The position numbers and the translations under genes are program-made. From Octopus vulgaris (taxonomy: Eukaryota): a DNA stretch of 64,000 nt. Location: positions 14,446,001 to 14,510,000 of the forward strand of contig OX597830.1 in the NCBI GenBank assembly GCA_951406725.2. Reading direction: 5' to 3'. The notes beneath the pieces were generated by a model that was given only the letters and a program-made list of their open reading frames with translations, did not search any database and was not told the DNA's origin. Positions 40,627 through 52,216 of this stretch are shown here, one piece after another. The first letter of the stretch is position 1. Each line of letters begins with the position of its first letter.

Positions 40627-42287
40627 TATATGACAAGATTAAAACAATTAAACAAAGTCGAAGCTGGTATCTATTGCGTTTATTACGTTGATGGGGTATT
40701 GTTTGGATGTCACTGATTTCTTCAGTTTATCCTTGTTGTGACCGTGTTTTGTGTGTGTGTGTGTGTTTGTTGTCATTTATTATTAAAGGTATTCAGAAAC
40801 ATCAACAGAAAACAGACGCATTCAAACAGTAAATTGCTAAAATACTTCTTGGGAAAAAATGCTCGGTTGTTAACTCTGTATTTTCTGGGTTCTTGCTTAT
40901 TTATTTGCTAAACTCTTCACATATCAGTTAATCATAGGCTTGTATAAAATTTCGATGCACAGATCTCTATTCATCGCTTCAAAGCTTAAACTTTCTTACA
41001 TTATCCCATAATGTAAAATGTAAGCCAATCTAAATTATCGCTAAACTTATTACCAGTAATGGCTGCCGTGTTCAGCAGAATTTAATACCATGCTTACTAA
41101 TTTAGTTCTCAGGTTATATGTATACATCGATTATTGTATTTGATGTACCGGATTTGCTTCTGCCTCAAATGGAAACTACATTCCATAGTAACATATTATT
41201 TCTAGTTTTACACCATAGCTATTTAACTATTACTAACGTTTGTTTTACCAATGACTTTAACTAACCCCTATTCTTTGATTCTAATCGCTGTTTGTTATCG
41301 CTATCAGGGAACATCCGGCATAACATTTATCGCGATAGATATAATTACTAACGAACTATCATACAGGAATAATACAGAATTTATTATTATGTCTTAACAA
41401 TTTTTTAGATATAATAGTTGTATTATAGGTGGAATATCTTGTTTCAGCATTATTAACCTGAACACTAAACCGACCGCTTTGTTCATCGCTAAATGGTTGG
41501 CACAACTGGAAAGGAGAAGGAGACCGAATACAATTTCAGTTGACATTGCAAATGAACATAAATCCGCAGAATTAAAATACAGTTGGAAATTCGATGTGTC
41601 AAACTGGAAAATTTATTGTATATTTCTCCTTAAGAAGTGTTTGCTCTATGTAACACACATAAATGGATAATCGGATTGATATTGAACACTAAATAAATTA
41701 AAAGCAGGTAAATCAAAATACAACAGAAGCAATAAAAGTTAGCCTCAGATTGATGCATAATTTCAAATATTAAATACAAAATTTCAAACAAAATTATGAA
41801 AGAATTTTGTCAAATTCTGTAAAACACATGATTGAAATAAACTGATTTTCGGGTAAAAAGTAGGAGGAATATTTCAAAGCGCAGTGATGAAGTAAAATTT
41901 CGACGGTAATGTAGACATGGAAATTATTTAGAGAAGACGAAGCATAATTTAGAAGCATTGATGAATATTGGTGACCTTTAAACCTGTTCGTATTTGAAGG
42001 TTTATAAGGATACTGTTAATCAATGCTAATTATATTACACTTAACAATTCTAACCACGAGGTAACTTTTTTTGTAACATTTAGTCTGAAGTATCATTCTC
42101 GTTTGTTAATTATGAATCAACTCTGACAACGCTAACGTACACACACATACACACACAAATATATGTGTATATAAATAAATATTTAAACAAATAAATGCAT
42201 ATATTACTATATACATAAATGTAGAGATTTTCAGACTTTTCAAATAAAACACATATATGTGATTCCCTGCGTATGTATATGCGCTCG

Positions 42288-42378
<91 letters not shown>

Positions 42379-42448
42379 TATATATATATATATATATGTA
42401 TGTATATATATACATATATATATATATGTATATATATGTATATGTATA

Positions 42449-42515
<67 letters not shown>

Positions 42516-42564
42516 GTATATATATATGTATATGTATATATATGTATATATATGTATATGTATA

Positions 42565-42625
<61 letters not shown>

Positions 42626-44273
42626 TTGAATTTATTTTTCCGAACATAAAGTATCACAGAATATATCTATTGGGGAAATTATATAATTTAAATAGATTAT
42701 ATGTGTTAGGTAGATGTAATTTAACGTGTTTATAATAAACTATTTCTTTTTCCATCGAAACGACTGAGTCACCCGATGTGAATGTCAATAATGATAATAT
42801 GTTTGTTACTAATCACTCTCAGTAAGAGTGAGAGCATGCAGTGTTTAATTGATGTTTAATCCCTGGTCATCCCTAATCTAGGAGACTTATGAGGGGAAAA
42901 TAAACCAGCCACGACAATCGCCTTTTTTGTCAGACATCAATGTATCTTTGATTATATTGAACAAAACGTAATGTTACTTTGTTTAACACAAGAGGGTGTG
43001 TTTTGTTTACTATTTCTAGCTGATCCGGCCAATAAATAGAAGCGTCTTTTTTTTTTTTTTTTTGGAATTCCCTGTTTGTTAGGGTTTGGAATCGTTATTT
43101 TATCTGACCGTTCCGAATTTAATGTCAGGCAGATTCTTCCCCGGTTTCATTGTGCTCTTGAAGAAATATCTAAAACAGTGCAGATTACACACATCTACTG
43201 TGATCCAATGTATGGGGTTGAGAAAATAAATCTCTTATCAGTTTAAACCATAAAATCTATTCCAGGTTAAATTTAGATGAAGAAATATTCAAATATTCAA
43301 TTAATAATAAAAGTGCTTCTCTTGTTATGAATGTTATTGTTTAGCCCTCGGTCTGTCTTCTTTAAGAAGGCCTACGATCTCATCAAAAACCCTCAGACAT
43401 GACTACAAATTAATTTTCAGATATAGTTTGTATTGGCTACATTATTTAATGTCCCCGTCTGTCTACGATGATATAGCACTGAGGGAAAGTTGACTGCTAT
43501 TCTTAGCAATTCTGACGAACTCGTAGAAGCTGCTTTTTATTTTTTCAGCTGTAATATGTTCTTGAGAGGATATACATAAGACGAAAGCATTTCACCACTT
43601 CCGGTTCTTTTCGTGAAATTTTCTCATTCTTTTTATGTTGAATTTAAATTTACATCTTCTCCAAAGTAAATACCTCCAATTCACGCTCGTATTTCTCTCT
43701 CCACATTTCCTTAAGGAAGATTTGTTTATGATCAGAAACCTATGTTTAAGTATTCTTCCATAACAGCTAGCATGAATTTTGTATCTGCCACAAGGACGTA
43801 GGTTGCCATTTATAAAAGGCCATTTATAAAAAGCCATCGCAACAAGTTTTGTATATTTTATAGTTAATGGAGAATAACTGTTCCTCCCTTTTCACAATTG
43901 TAAAACATATTATTATGTAAGACATATTATTTTAGTTTCCTGCTAGTTGATACTTTGTCTTGTTGGAATGCCGAAGTCACCAATTTTTGAAAGAAACTGT
44001 TTGGTTTTTGAGGCTTTGATGGATAAACTTGAAACCAAGGTATTTGCAAATTTTACAATTCAGAATTAACTTGAACCGGGAGAAAGGATTTAACAAATAC
44101 TACTCAGTCGCAGAAAATGCATAAGAAATGTTATTTTCCAAGATATAAAACAAAAGAATTCTATGAAGAATACCTAAGCTGGTGCACTGATATTTCACTG
44201 GCGGTTCCCCAGCATGGTAACAGCATTTAAGCTGACAAATTATAAAAGAATACAGATTAAATTCGGAATATTA

Positions 44274-44509
44274 TTGGGTTGTCCGGAAAGTTCGTGCTGA
44301 TTTATAGTAGCTTACCTTTCGATTTATTTTAGAACATGGTTGAGACCATAAAATGGAATTTGACATAGTTGAGTCCATAGAATAGGAAATATGGATACGC
44401 ATTGTGCAACAAAATGGTTCATATTTGGTTGATTAAATATGTAATGGTAAGTATTTATTGACCTTTTTCTTTCCTTTAAAGATCGGCACGAACTTTCCGG
44501 ACAGCCCAA
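44274..44509. mobile_element. mariner-type MITE
   Basis: TA-TTGGGTTGTCCGGAAAGTTCGTGCTGAT ... ATCGGCACGAACTTTCCGGACAGCCCAA-TA. Confidence 0.88.
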
Positions 44510-44606
44510 TAATAATTACGTTTTATCCATTCCATAGCCTTTAAAGTTCCAGAGGTTTCAGGTGGTAATATATTTTGTATTCAGTTATCAATGTTAGATT
44601 ACCTAT

Positions 44607-44704
44607 CCGAAAATATCTTGTTGAATGATATAATCCAATATCACAATTACTTATTGTGATATCGGAATATATCATTTCAACACGATACGTTCAGATATTT
44701 TCGG
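44607..44704. other. ~98 nt imperfect hairpin
   Basis: CCGAAAATATCT-TGTTGAATGATATAATCCAATATCACAAT [TACTT] ATTGTGATATCGGAATATATCATTTCAACA-(10 nt)-AGATATTTTCGG. Confidence 0.8.
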
Positions 44705-45123
44705 TAGTATGCTGTGCATAGTTCCATTTAGATATTGCAACATTTATAGATCTTATTACAGCAGTATATATATATCGAAGAGAAATTGTGTCTCAAGAAT
44801 ATTGGCAAGTATCATTCTCAATAAAATTCCTTATTGCGTGCTTTAATTGAAGTCATGCAAGATAAGAAGAGAAGAAAGCTCCTCTGTGACCACCGACACC
44901 TCCAGCCATTTACAAGTTGATCGGTGTGTCTTTTCACTGAACAGCCAAGGTGATGCAACGGCCCAGCCAGGAAGTTAATGCCCTGTAGTCAGCTGTAATC
45001 GTGCCAACATCAATAAGCCCATAAATGTATACGTACGCATATACATATATACATACATACTCGCATACATACACACACGTCTCTAACCACATAAGCATAT
45101 TTATGTGTGCATATATATATATG

Positions 45124-45192
<69 letters not shown>

Positions 45193-45584
45193 GCTGAAAC
45201 ATAATAATATATGTATACATACTTATAGTCTTAGAAAGATCGTTGAGAGAATCATTGCACGGTATATTCATCTTAACCAAATTACAAGCAATCTTTCCGC
45301 TTCTCTCTTGAGACTTCCTGTGTGAAAGTCTATCGATTATTTCTTCCCCGAGAAGTGACTAGGTCAAGTTTTGAGAATTTCCTTATATGAGATGAAGTAT
45401 AGCTCTGAACTAATGTTCATGTCAGTTGGTAACACGTTGTAGCGTCTCCAGTAACCTACACGCCCCCACGAGTGTAATGAAACCCAAGGTAAGAAAATCT
45501 AGCTAATTAAAAATCATAGACTGGGAGTTATACAGGATAAATGATATTTTTAGACCGAAAGATGAATTGGTAAATATATATATA

Positions 45585-45975
45585 CTAGCAGTATCGCCCG
45601 GCGTTGCTCAGGTTTGTAAGGGAAATAACTATAAAGCATTTTTTAGAGAGTTATAGCCAAAAAATAGCAAAAAAATGGAAAAAAAAATTATGGTAAATTT
45701 TTTTTTGAGAGTAAAAAAAGGTTGAGTTGCGTCCCCTAGACAGTCTGTGGTTTGTTTTTTTTTGATTCTCGACCCCATGTCGAATTTATCGATTTTTTTC
45801 AGAACTGGGGTTAACTTTTCAAAATTTTCGCTGCGTTAGTTTTGAATTATGACATTGGGCTATGTGTGTGTCAAGTTTCATCAGAATCGGTTGAAAGCCG
45901 TGGTCAGGGTGAGGGTACGAGAAAACAGACACACAGAAACACGCACAGACAAACTGCCGTTTATATATAGAGAGA
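45585..45975 (-). mobile_element. Non-autonomous Helitron
   Basis: Minus strand starts TCTCTCTATATATAAACGGCAG and ends CCTGAGCAACGCCGGGCGATACTGCTAG, in an A|T site. Both ends resemble those of 7662-8341. Confidence 0.85.
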
Positions 45976-46170
45976 TATATTTGTGCATGTGAATAATTAC
46001 CTTTGTTTCAAGCAACGGTGCTTACTACTCTTCTTACATGGCCATGATTCAACCTTCAGTTATGAAACCAAAGATCAAAAGTATCCCGAACGTGACCATC
46101 GCGTCTTTGGTAAGCATAAGCCACACTGCATTAATTAATATAACTTTCTCTCTCTCTCTATCACTCTCTC

Positions 46171-46201
<31 letters not shown>

Positions 46202-46392
46202 TGTATATATATATATATATATATATTCTTTTATTTTTTTACTTGTTTCAGTCATTTGACCATATCCCCTTACAAGGGCTTTGGTGGACCCGAAGATATA
46301 ATAGAAGACACTTGCAGAAGGTGCTACGCTGTCGGACTGAACCCGGAACCATGTGGTTGGTAAGCAAGCTACATACCACTCAGCCACTCCTA

Positions 46393-46431
<39 letters not shown>

Positions 46432-46589
46432 GATAAATAGATACATACATACATACATACATATATACGTACATGCATACATATATACATACGTATATGC
46501 ATGCATACATACATGCATACGCACATACATACATACATACATACATACATACATACATACATACATACATACATACATACATACATACA

Positions 46590-46625
<36 letters not shown>

Positions 46626-46775
46626 TACAGGAGCAGGCGTGGCTATGTGGTAAGAAGTTTGTTTATCAACCACATAGCAGCGGTTTCAATCCCAGTGCTT
46701 GACACCTTAACCAAGTGTCTTCTAATATAGCCCCGAATGAGTGGGTTTGGTAGAGGGAAACTGAAAAAAGCACAT

Positions 46776-46814
<39 letters not shown>

Positions 46815-47137
46815 GTATACAGTGATGTGTCTTTTTGTATGCCTTGCTGCGGCTTGACCACCGATGTTGGTTCGTTTACATCCTCTTAACAGTGCTGTTC
46901 AGCGAAATAGACCGATTAAATAAGCTTTCATGGTGGTGTCCAAGTGTAAAAAGCGCTTCCCAATCACATGGTTCCGGATTCAGTCACTGCATGGAATCTT
47001 GAGCAAGTTTCTTCTACTATAGCCTCGGGCCGACCAAACCTTCTGAGAAAATTTGGTAGACGGAAGCTAACCAGTCGTCTATATATATAGATGACTGGAT
47101 GTCGTCAGTTTCCTTCTACCAAATTATATATATATAT

Positions 47138-47437
47138 ATCACCGTGACCGACCAGGCTATCAGATGTTGCTACACATCGCTGGTCACAATGCGGTTCGCA
47201 TCGTTTTAGCCTTCAAATGACGCCACCCCGTTGGCTAAGCGAGCAGGCCAACAGAAGAAAAGTGAGAGAAAGTTGTGGCGAAAAAGTACAGCAGGGATCG
47301 CCACCAACCCCCTGCCGGAGCCTCGTGGAGCTTTAGGTGTTTTTGCTCAATAAACACTCACAACGCCCAGTCTGGGAATCGAAACCGCGATATTACGACC
47401 GAGAGTCCGCTGCCTTAACCACTGGGCCATTGCGCCT

Positions 47438-47440
<3 letters not shown>
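47138..47440 (-). mobile_element. SINE with head C and tail 2
   Basis: Head GGAGGCGCAATGGCCCAGTGGTTAAGG...GGTTTCGATTCCC and the C body, then a different tail ending CTGGTCGGTCACGGTGAT(AT)n. Confidence 0.88.
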
Positions 47441-47520
<80 letters not shown>

Positions 47521-47652
47521 AAAATAGTAAAGTGTGAAAAAACGACAGAAGGCTTAAATGTAAAAAAATATATATATTTGTGTCAAAATGTCTGGAGAAT
47601 ATTGGAAAAATTTTTTTCCTTTCCTTAAAATGACATAATTTTAAAATTTTTA

Positions 47653-47692
47653 AAGAAATTACCGGTTTCGCGTGTAGCTTTTCAAATTTCTT
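47653..47692 (-). ncRNA. Identical hammerhead ribozyme on the left PLE arm
   Basis: Exact reverse complement of 50086-50125. Confidence 0.8.
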
Positions 47693-47827
47693 GTGACGTT
47701 ATGTTTATATTGCATGGAGTTATCGTTGTGTTTATTTCAGGAGATTTCTAAATAAGGGGAGGTAGTGAGTGATTTCTTCCGGTGTAAGGGAGATAATCGC
47801 TTAAAAATTTTTTTCCCTTTTCCTTGT

Positions 47828-49008
47828 TAATTTCTCTGTGTCAGTATGTTCGGATGGTTGAGTCTGGGTTTGTACTTTTCAATGAAGAATGTTTCCTTGT
47901 TCAGTCTCATTTGTATTGATGATCCGAAAGCACATTGGTAAAATGGGAAGATTAAAAAATTGTGGCAGTAGTTGCTTTGCGCATTTCTCAATGTGCTCAC
48001 TAAAAGGTATCATTCTATATTCTGGGAATGCAATCTGTTGTCGATGCAGTGTGCATCTACGCCTGAGTGATAGTCCCGTGGAACCCACGTAGTCTTGGTG
48101 GCAGCCCGAGCATTTAATAACATAAATTATGTTTTCAGAGGCACAAGTAAAGTTAGATTTGATCTTGAATTTCTGTCCCTCTTTAAAGAAGAATTCTGAT
48201 CCTTCCAATAGGTTAGGACATGTTGCACAGTTCGATCTACCACATTTTTTTACTTTTGCATCCGTAATTTTAGAAGACAATTTTGCCTTTGTGAGAATCT
48301 TTTTAAGTGATTTAGGCTGTTTGTAGCTTTTAATGATTTGGTGTATGTTTAGAATTTCCTTTAATTTTGGGTTTTTATGAAGTATTGGTAAATTCTGGGT
48401 GATGATGGAAGGCTTCTTTGTTTCTGGGGTTGTATGTAGATATGTAAGGTAGTATTTTCGGGGAAGGTGTGTTGTTGTGTTGAACTTTTCTTAAAGTTTC
48501 TATGTTGCTTTCTGTTGCACGTCTGATCCCATCCTCTATGAGTTAAGCTGGGTAATGTCTGTCAATTAGGGTGTTTTTGAGTTCTTGCAGTCTAAAGTTC
48601 CTGGTATTTTGTTCTGACACTATTGTGCATATCCTTCTTGCAAGGTTGAAGGGGATGTTTGTTTTAGTGTGTCTTGGGTGGCATGAATTAAAAAGAAGGT
48701 ATTGTTTGGCGTCTGTGGCTTTGTAAAAAATGTCTGTTTCTATTTTAAGGTTAATTTTTTTAATTAGTATATCCAAGAACGGGAGCTCCTTTTGGTTGTA
48801 TTCCATTGTGAACTGTATATTTGGGTTTATGCTGTTCAATAGGTTTTTAAATTTTAGGAGTTTATCTATGTTTTCATTCCAGAGAATGAAACAATCGTCT
48901 AGGAATCGTTTCCAATTCTCTTTCATGTATTGAGAGAGGGAGTTTCCAAAGATTGATAGAGATTCCTGGTAAATGATTATTTCCATGTATCTCATTGTTA
49001 AGTTCGCA
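47828..49008 (-). pseudogene. PLE RT C-terminal part, thumb, Cys linker and GIY-YIG endonuclease (left arm, disrupted)
   Basis: ANLTM.Y.E, WKRFLDDCFILW (catalytic DD), IQFTME, LPFLD, YK.TD..QYL.FNSCHP, CGRSNCATC and NIIYVIKCSGCHQDYVGST. Stop at 48543 and 1 bp indels near 48410 and 47955. Confidence 0.93.
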
Positions 49009-49011
49009 TTG

Positions 49012-49950
49012 TTAAAAAAAATTAACCTTAAAATAGAAACAGACATTTTTTACAAAGCCACAGACGCCAAACAATACCCTCTTTTTAATTCATGCCACCC
49101 AAGACACACTAAAACAAACATCCCCTTCAACCTTGCAAGAAGGATATGCACAATAGTTTCAGAACAAAATACCAGGAACTTTAGACTGCAAGAACTCAAA
49201 AACACCCTAATTGACAGACATTACCCAGCTCAACTCATAGAGGATGGGATCAGACGTGCAACAGAAATCAACATAGAAACTTTAAGAAAAGTTCAACACA
49301 ACAACACACCTTCCCCGAAAATACTACCTTACATATCTACATACAACCCCAGAAACAAAGAAGCCTTCACCATCATCACCCAGAATTTACCAATACTTCA
49401 TAAAAACCCAAAATTAAAGGAAATTCTAAACATACACCAAATCATTAAAAGCTACAAACAGCCTAAATCACTTAAAAAGATTCTCACAAAGGCAAAATTT
49501 TCTTCTAAAATTACGGATGCAAAAGTAAAAAAATGTGGTAGATCGAACTGTGCAACATGTCCTAACCTATTGGAAGGATCAGAATTCTTCTTTAAAGAGG
49601 GACAGAAATTCAAGATCAAATCTAACTTTACTTGTGCCTCTGAAAACATAATTTATGTTATTAAATGCTCGGGCTGCCACCAAGACTACGTGGGTTCCAC
49701 GGGACTATCACTCAGGCGTAGATGCACACTGCATCGACAACAGATTGCATTCCCAGAATATAGAATGATACCTTTTAGTGAGCACATTGAGAAATGCGCA
49801 AAGCAACTACTGCCACAATTTTTAATCTTCCCATTTTACCAATGTGCTTTCGGATCATCAACATAAATGAGACTGAACAAGGAAACATTCTTCATTGAAA
49901 AGTACAAACCCAGACTCAACCATCCGAACATACTGACACAGAGAAATTAA
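49012..49950 (+). pseudogene. PLE thumb, Cys linker and GIY-YIG endonuclease (right arm, one premature stop)
   Basis: Part of ORF 48973-49866. It contains IIY..C..C...YVG.T...L.RR..LH (GIY-YIG with the CCHH insert). After the TAA at 49864-49866 the frame continues RLNKETFFIEKYKPRLN to TAA 49948-49950. Confidence 0.93.
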
Positions 49951-50085
49951 CAAGGAAAAGGGAAAAAAATTTTTAAGCGATTATCTCCCTTACACCGGAA
50001 GAAATCACTCACTACCTCCCCTTATTTAGAAATCTCCTGGAAATAAACACAACGATAACTCCATGCAATATAAACATAACGTCAC

Positions 50086-50125
50086 AAGAAATTTGAAAAG
50101 CTACACGCGAAACCGGTAATTTCTT
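50086..50125 (+). ncRNA. Minimal type I hammerhead ribozyme (U3-A8 core variant) in the PLE 3' region
   Basis: Stem I AAGAAAU/AUUUCUU; core UUGAAAA in place of CUGANGA; stem II GC-UACAC-GC; GAA; palindromic stem III ACCGGU; predicted cleavage after GUA at 50118. Confidence 0.8.
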
Positions 50126-50304
50126 TAAAAATTTTAAAATTATGTCATTTTAAGGAAAGGAAAAAAATGTTTCCAATGTTCTCCAGACATTTTGACACAA
50201 ATATATATATTTTTTAACATTTAAGCCTTCTGTCGTTTTTTCACACTTTACTATTTTCTTATATATTCACCCACGTGCTTTACCAAACAAACTTTCTTAT
50301 CTTA

Positions 50305-50348
<44 letters not shown>

Positions 50349-50839
50349 AGTATGTATGTATGTATGCATGCATATACACATACACACACAGATATATTGT
50401 CTCCATCGATGAAAATCGATATTAGTTGAATATAAATTTGGAAAACAACTAAGATTGTTCTATTTGTTCTTGCTTTCGACTTTTAAGTGAGACCGTTTAG
50501 ACACCATTGACAAATGAGTATGGTCACATCCCTCCCTGTCTATTTCAAGTGACCAGTCACCATTTGATGTATTATGTATTTGAGACTGTGACAATGTAGT
50601 CTGCAGGCTTGACGCCTCAGGGAACAATTCTGTTGTATTTAACGACAGTGGGGAATGATTTGTCGATATTTCAAGAAAGCGGCTTAAATTCGATGGTAAA
50701 GAGAGCGAAATTATAAAGGGAATTACAGCATCTGTCAGGGCTAAAATTTATGATGCAAATTCACATGCTTGTTTCATGATAAAATGACTTGTTACTGAAG
50801 TAACTAAAATGAATATAATTGATATAATTAAGACCACAT

Positions 50840-51163
50840 GTGTGGGCGCGTGGCTTAGTGGTTAGGGCATTCGGCTCATGATCGTAAGGTTGTGAGTTCG
50901 ATTCCCGGCGACGCGTTGTGTCCTTGAGCAAGACACTTTATTTCACGTTGCTCCAGTCCACTCAGCTGGCAAAAATGAGTTGTACTTGTATTTCAAAGGG
51001 TCAGCCTTGTCACTCTCTGTGTCACGCTGATTATCCCCGAGAACTACGTTAAGGGTACACGTGTCTGTGGAATGCTCAGCCATTTGCACGTTAATTTCAC
51101 GAGCAAGCTGTTCCGTTGATCGTATCAGCTGGGACCCTCGTCGTCGTAACCGGCGAAGTCTTT
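50840..51163 (+). mobile_element. SINE with head D and tail 1
   Basis: tRNA-like head GGGCGCGTGGCTTAGTGGTTAG...GAGTTCGATTCCC, CORE-like TGTGTCCTTGAGCAAGACACTT, tail shared with 61493. 12 bp TSD TTAAGACCACAT. Confidence 0.92.
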
Positions 51164-51844
51164 TTAAGACCACATAAACCGATTTCTTTACAGACATTTT
51201 TTTTTTGTGTGAAAGTTTAAAGAAAAAAATAAGAGCTATATTATTCACCGTGTTCCCAAATAAAATCATGCTAGAATAATAATTATTTTATTACGGGATA
51301 TTATTTTATATTACAAAATATTATCAACATCGTACATAAGTTGTTGTTTAGTCCCTTCCAACACTTGTCGAACAACTCTGTGATCAAAAGAGTTTTTGTT
51401 GTTTGCAGCTTGTAATTTAAGTGAGATTTGACTGCAATTTCTAGCAGATCAAGCGACTATGGAGACGTTTCTTTGGTCAGTAGTGATTGTTGTCAGTGGC
51501 TGCATTTTTATGTGAGATGATGAAGGGAGGTGATGATGGTAGTGGGAGGGTAGCATTTATCAGGTCAGATATCAGAAACAACTGGTGGGGGTGGGGGTAG
51601 TGGTAGGGTGAAGTTTAGAAACATTTCCCTGGCATATAACCACCTCATCCCCCTCCTCACTACAGTAAATTTCAGAAAAGGTCCTCCACCTACAATAAAA
51701 AAGCTAAAAAAAGAACCTTCATTACGTACATCATACAACTATCATCACCATCGTCACCAACAACAACAACACAACCATTACCGGCACCACAGCTGCCACC
51801 ACTGCAACTCCGGCCATCACCACTCGTACCAACAGCACCAATCA

Positions 51845-52216
51845 TGGAGGCGCAATGGCCCAGTGGTTAGGGCAGCGGGCTCGCGGTCGGAGGATCGCGT
51901 TTTCGATTTCCAGACCGGGCGTTGTGTGTGTTTATTGAGCGAAAACACCTAAAGCTCCACGAGCGTCCGGCAGGGGGTGGTGGCGACCCCTGTTGTACTG
52001 TTTAGCTCCAACTTCCTCTCACTCTTTCTTCCTGTTTCTCGACCCCGACTTCCTATCCAACCGCTGAGCCTGGATGCGCATTCATCCATCCTTCGATGCT
52101 CTCGGTGTCGGGTGTTGACCTGCTTCTCTTCTGCGGGTCTTACGAATAGCAAAGGACCCTGTTTCGAACATCTCCCATCTTGCGAGCTCTGGGACGAAGA
52201 CCGTTCGCTCAACAGC
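51845..52216 (+). mobile_element. SINE with head C and tail 3
   Basis: C head and body, then a distinct ~180 bp tail. ~14 bp TSD AACAGCA(C/T)CAATCA. Confidence 0.85.

Larger units (their letters stand above)
47515..50310. mobile_element. Penelope-like element (Neptune type), 5'-truncated, in inverted head-to-head arrangement within (TA)n
   Basis: Left arm 47515-48761 is the near-perfect reverse complement of right arm 49012-50263. The 250 bp spacer continues the RT on the minus strand. TA microsatellites flank both sides. Confidence 0.95.

Noticed and set aside
48973-49046. Start codons of ORFs 48973-49866(+) and 48543-49046(-)
   Set aside because: Both N-termini are read through the inversion junction from antisense sequence. 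The element is 5'-truncated and has no native start.
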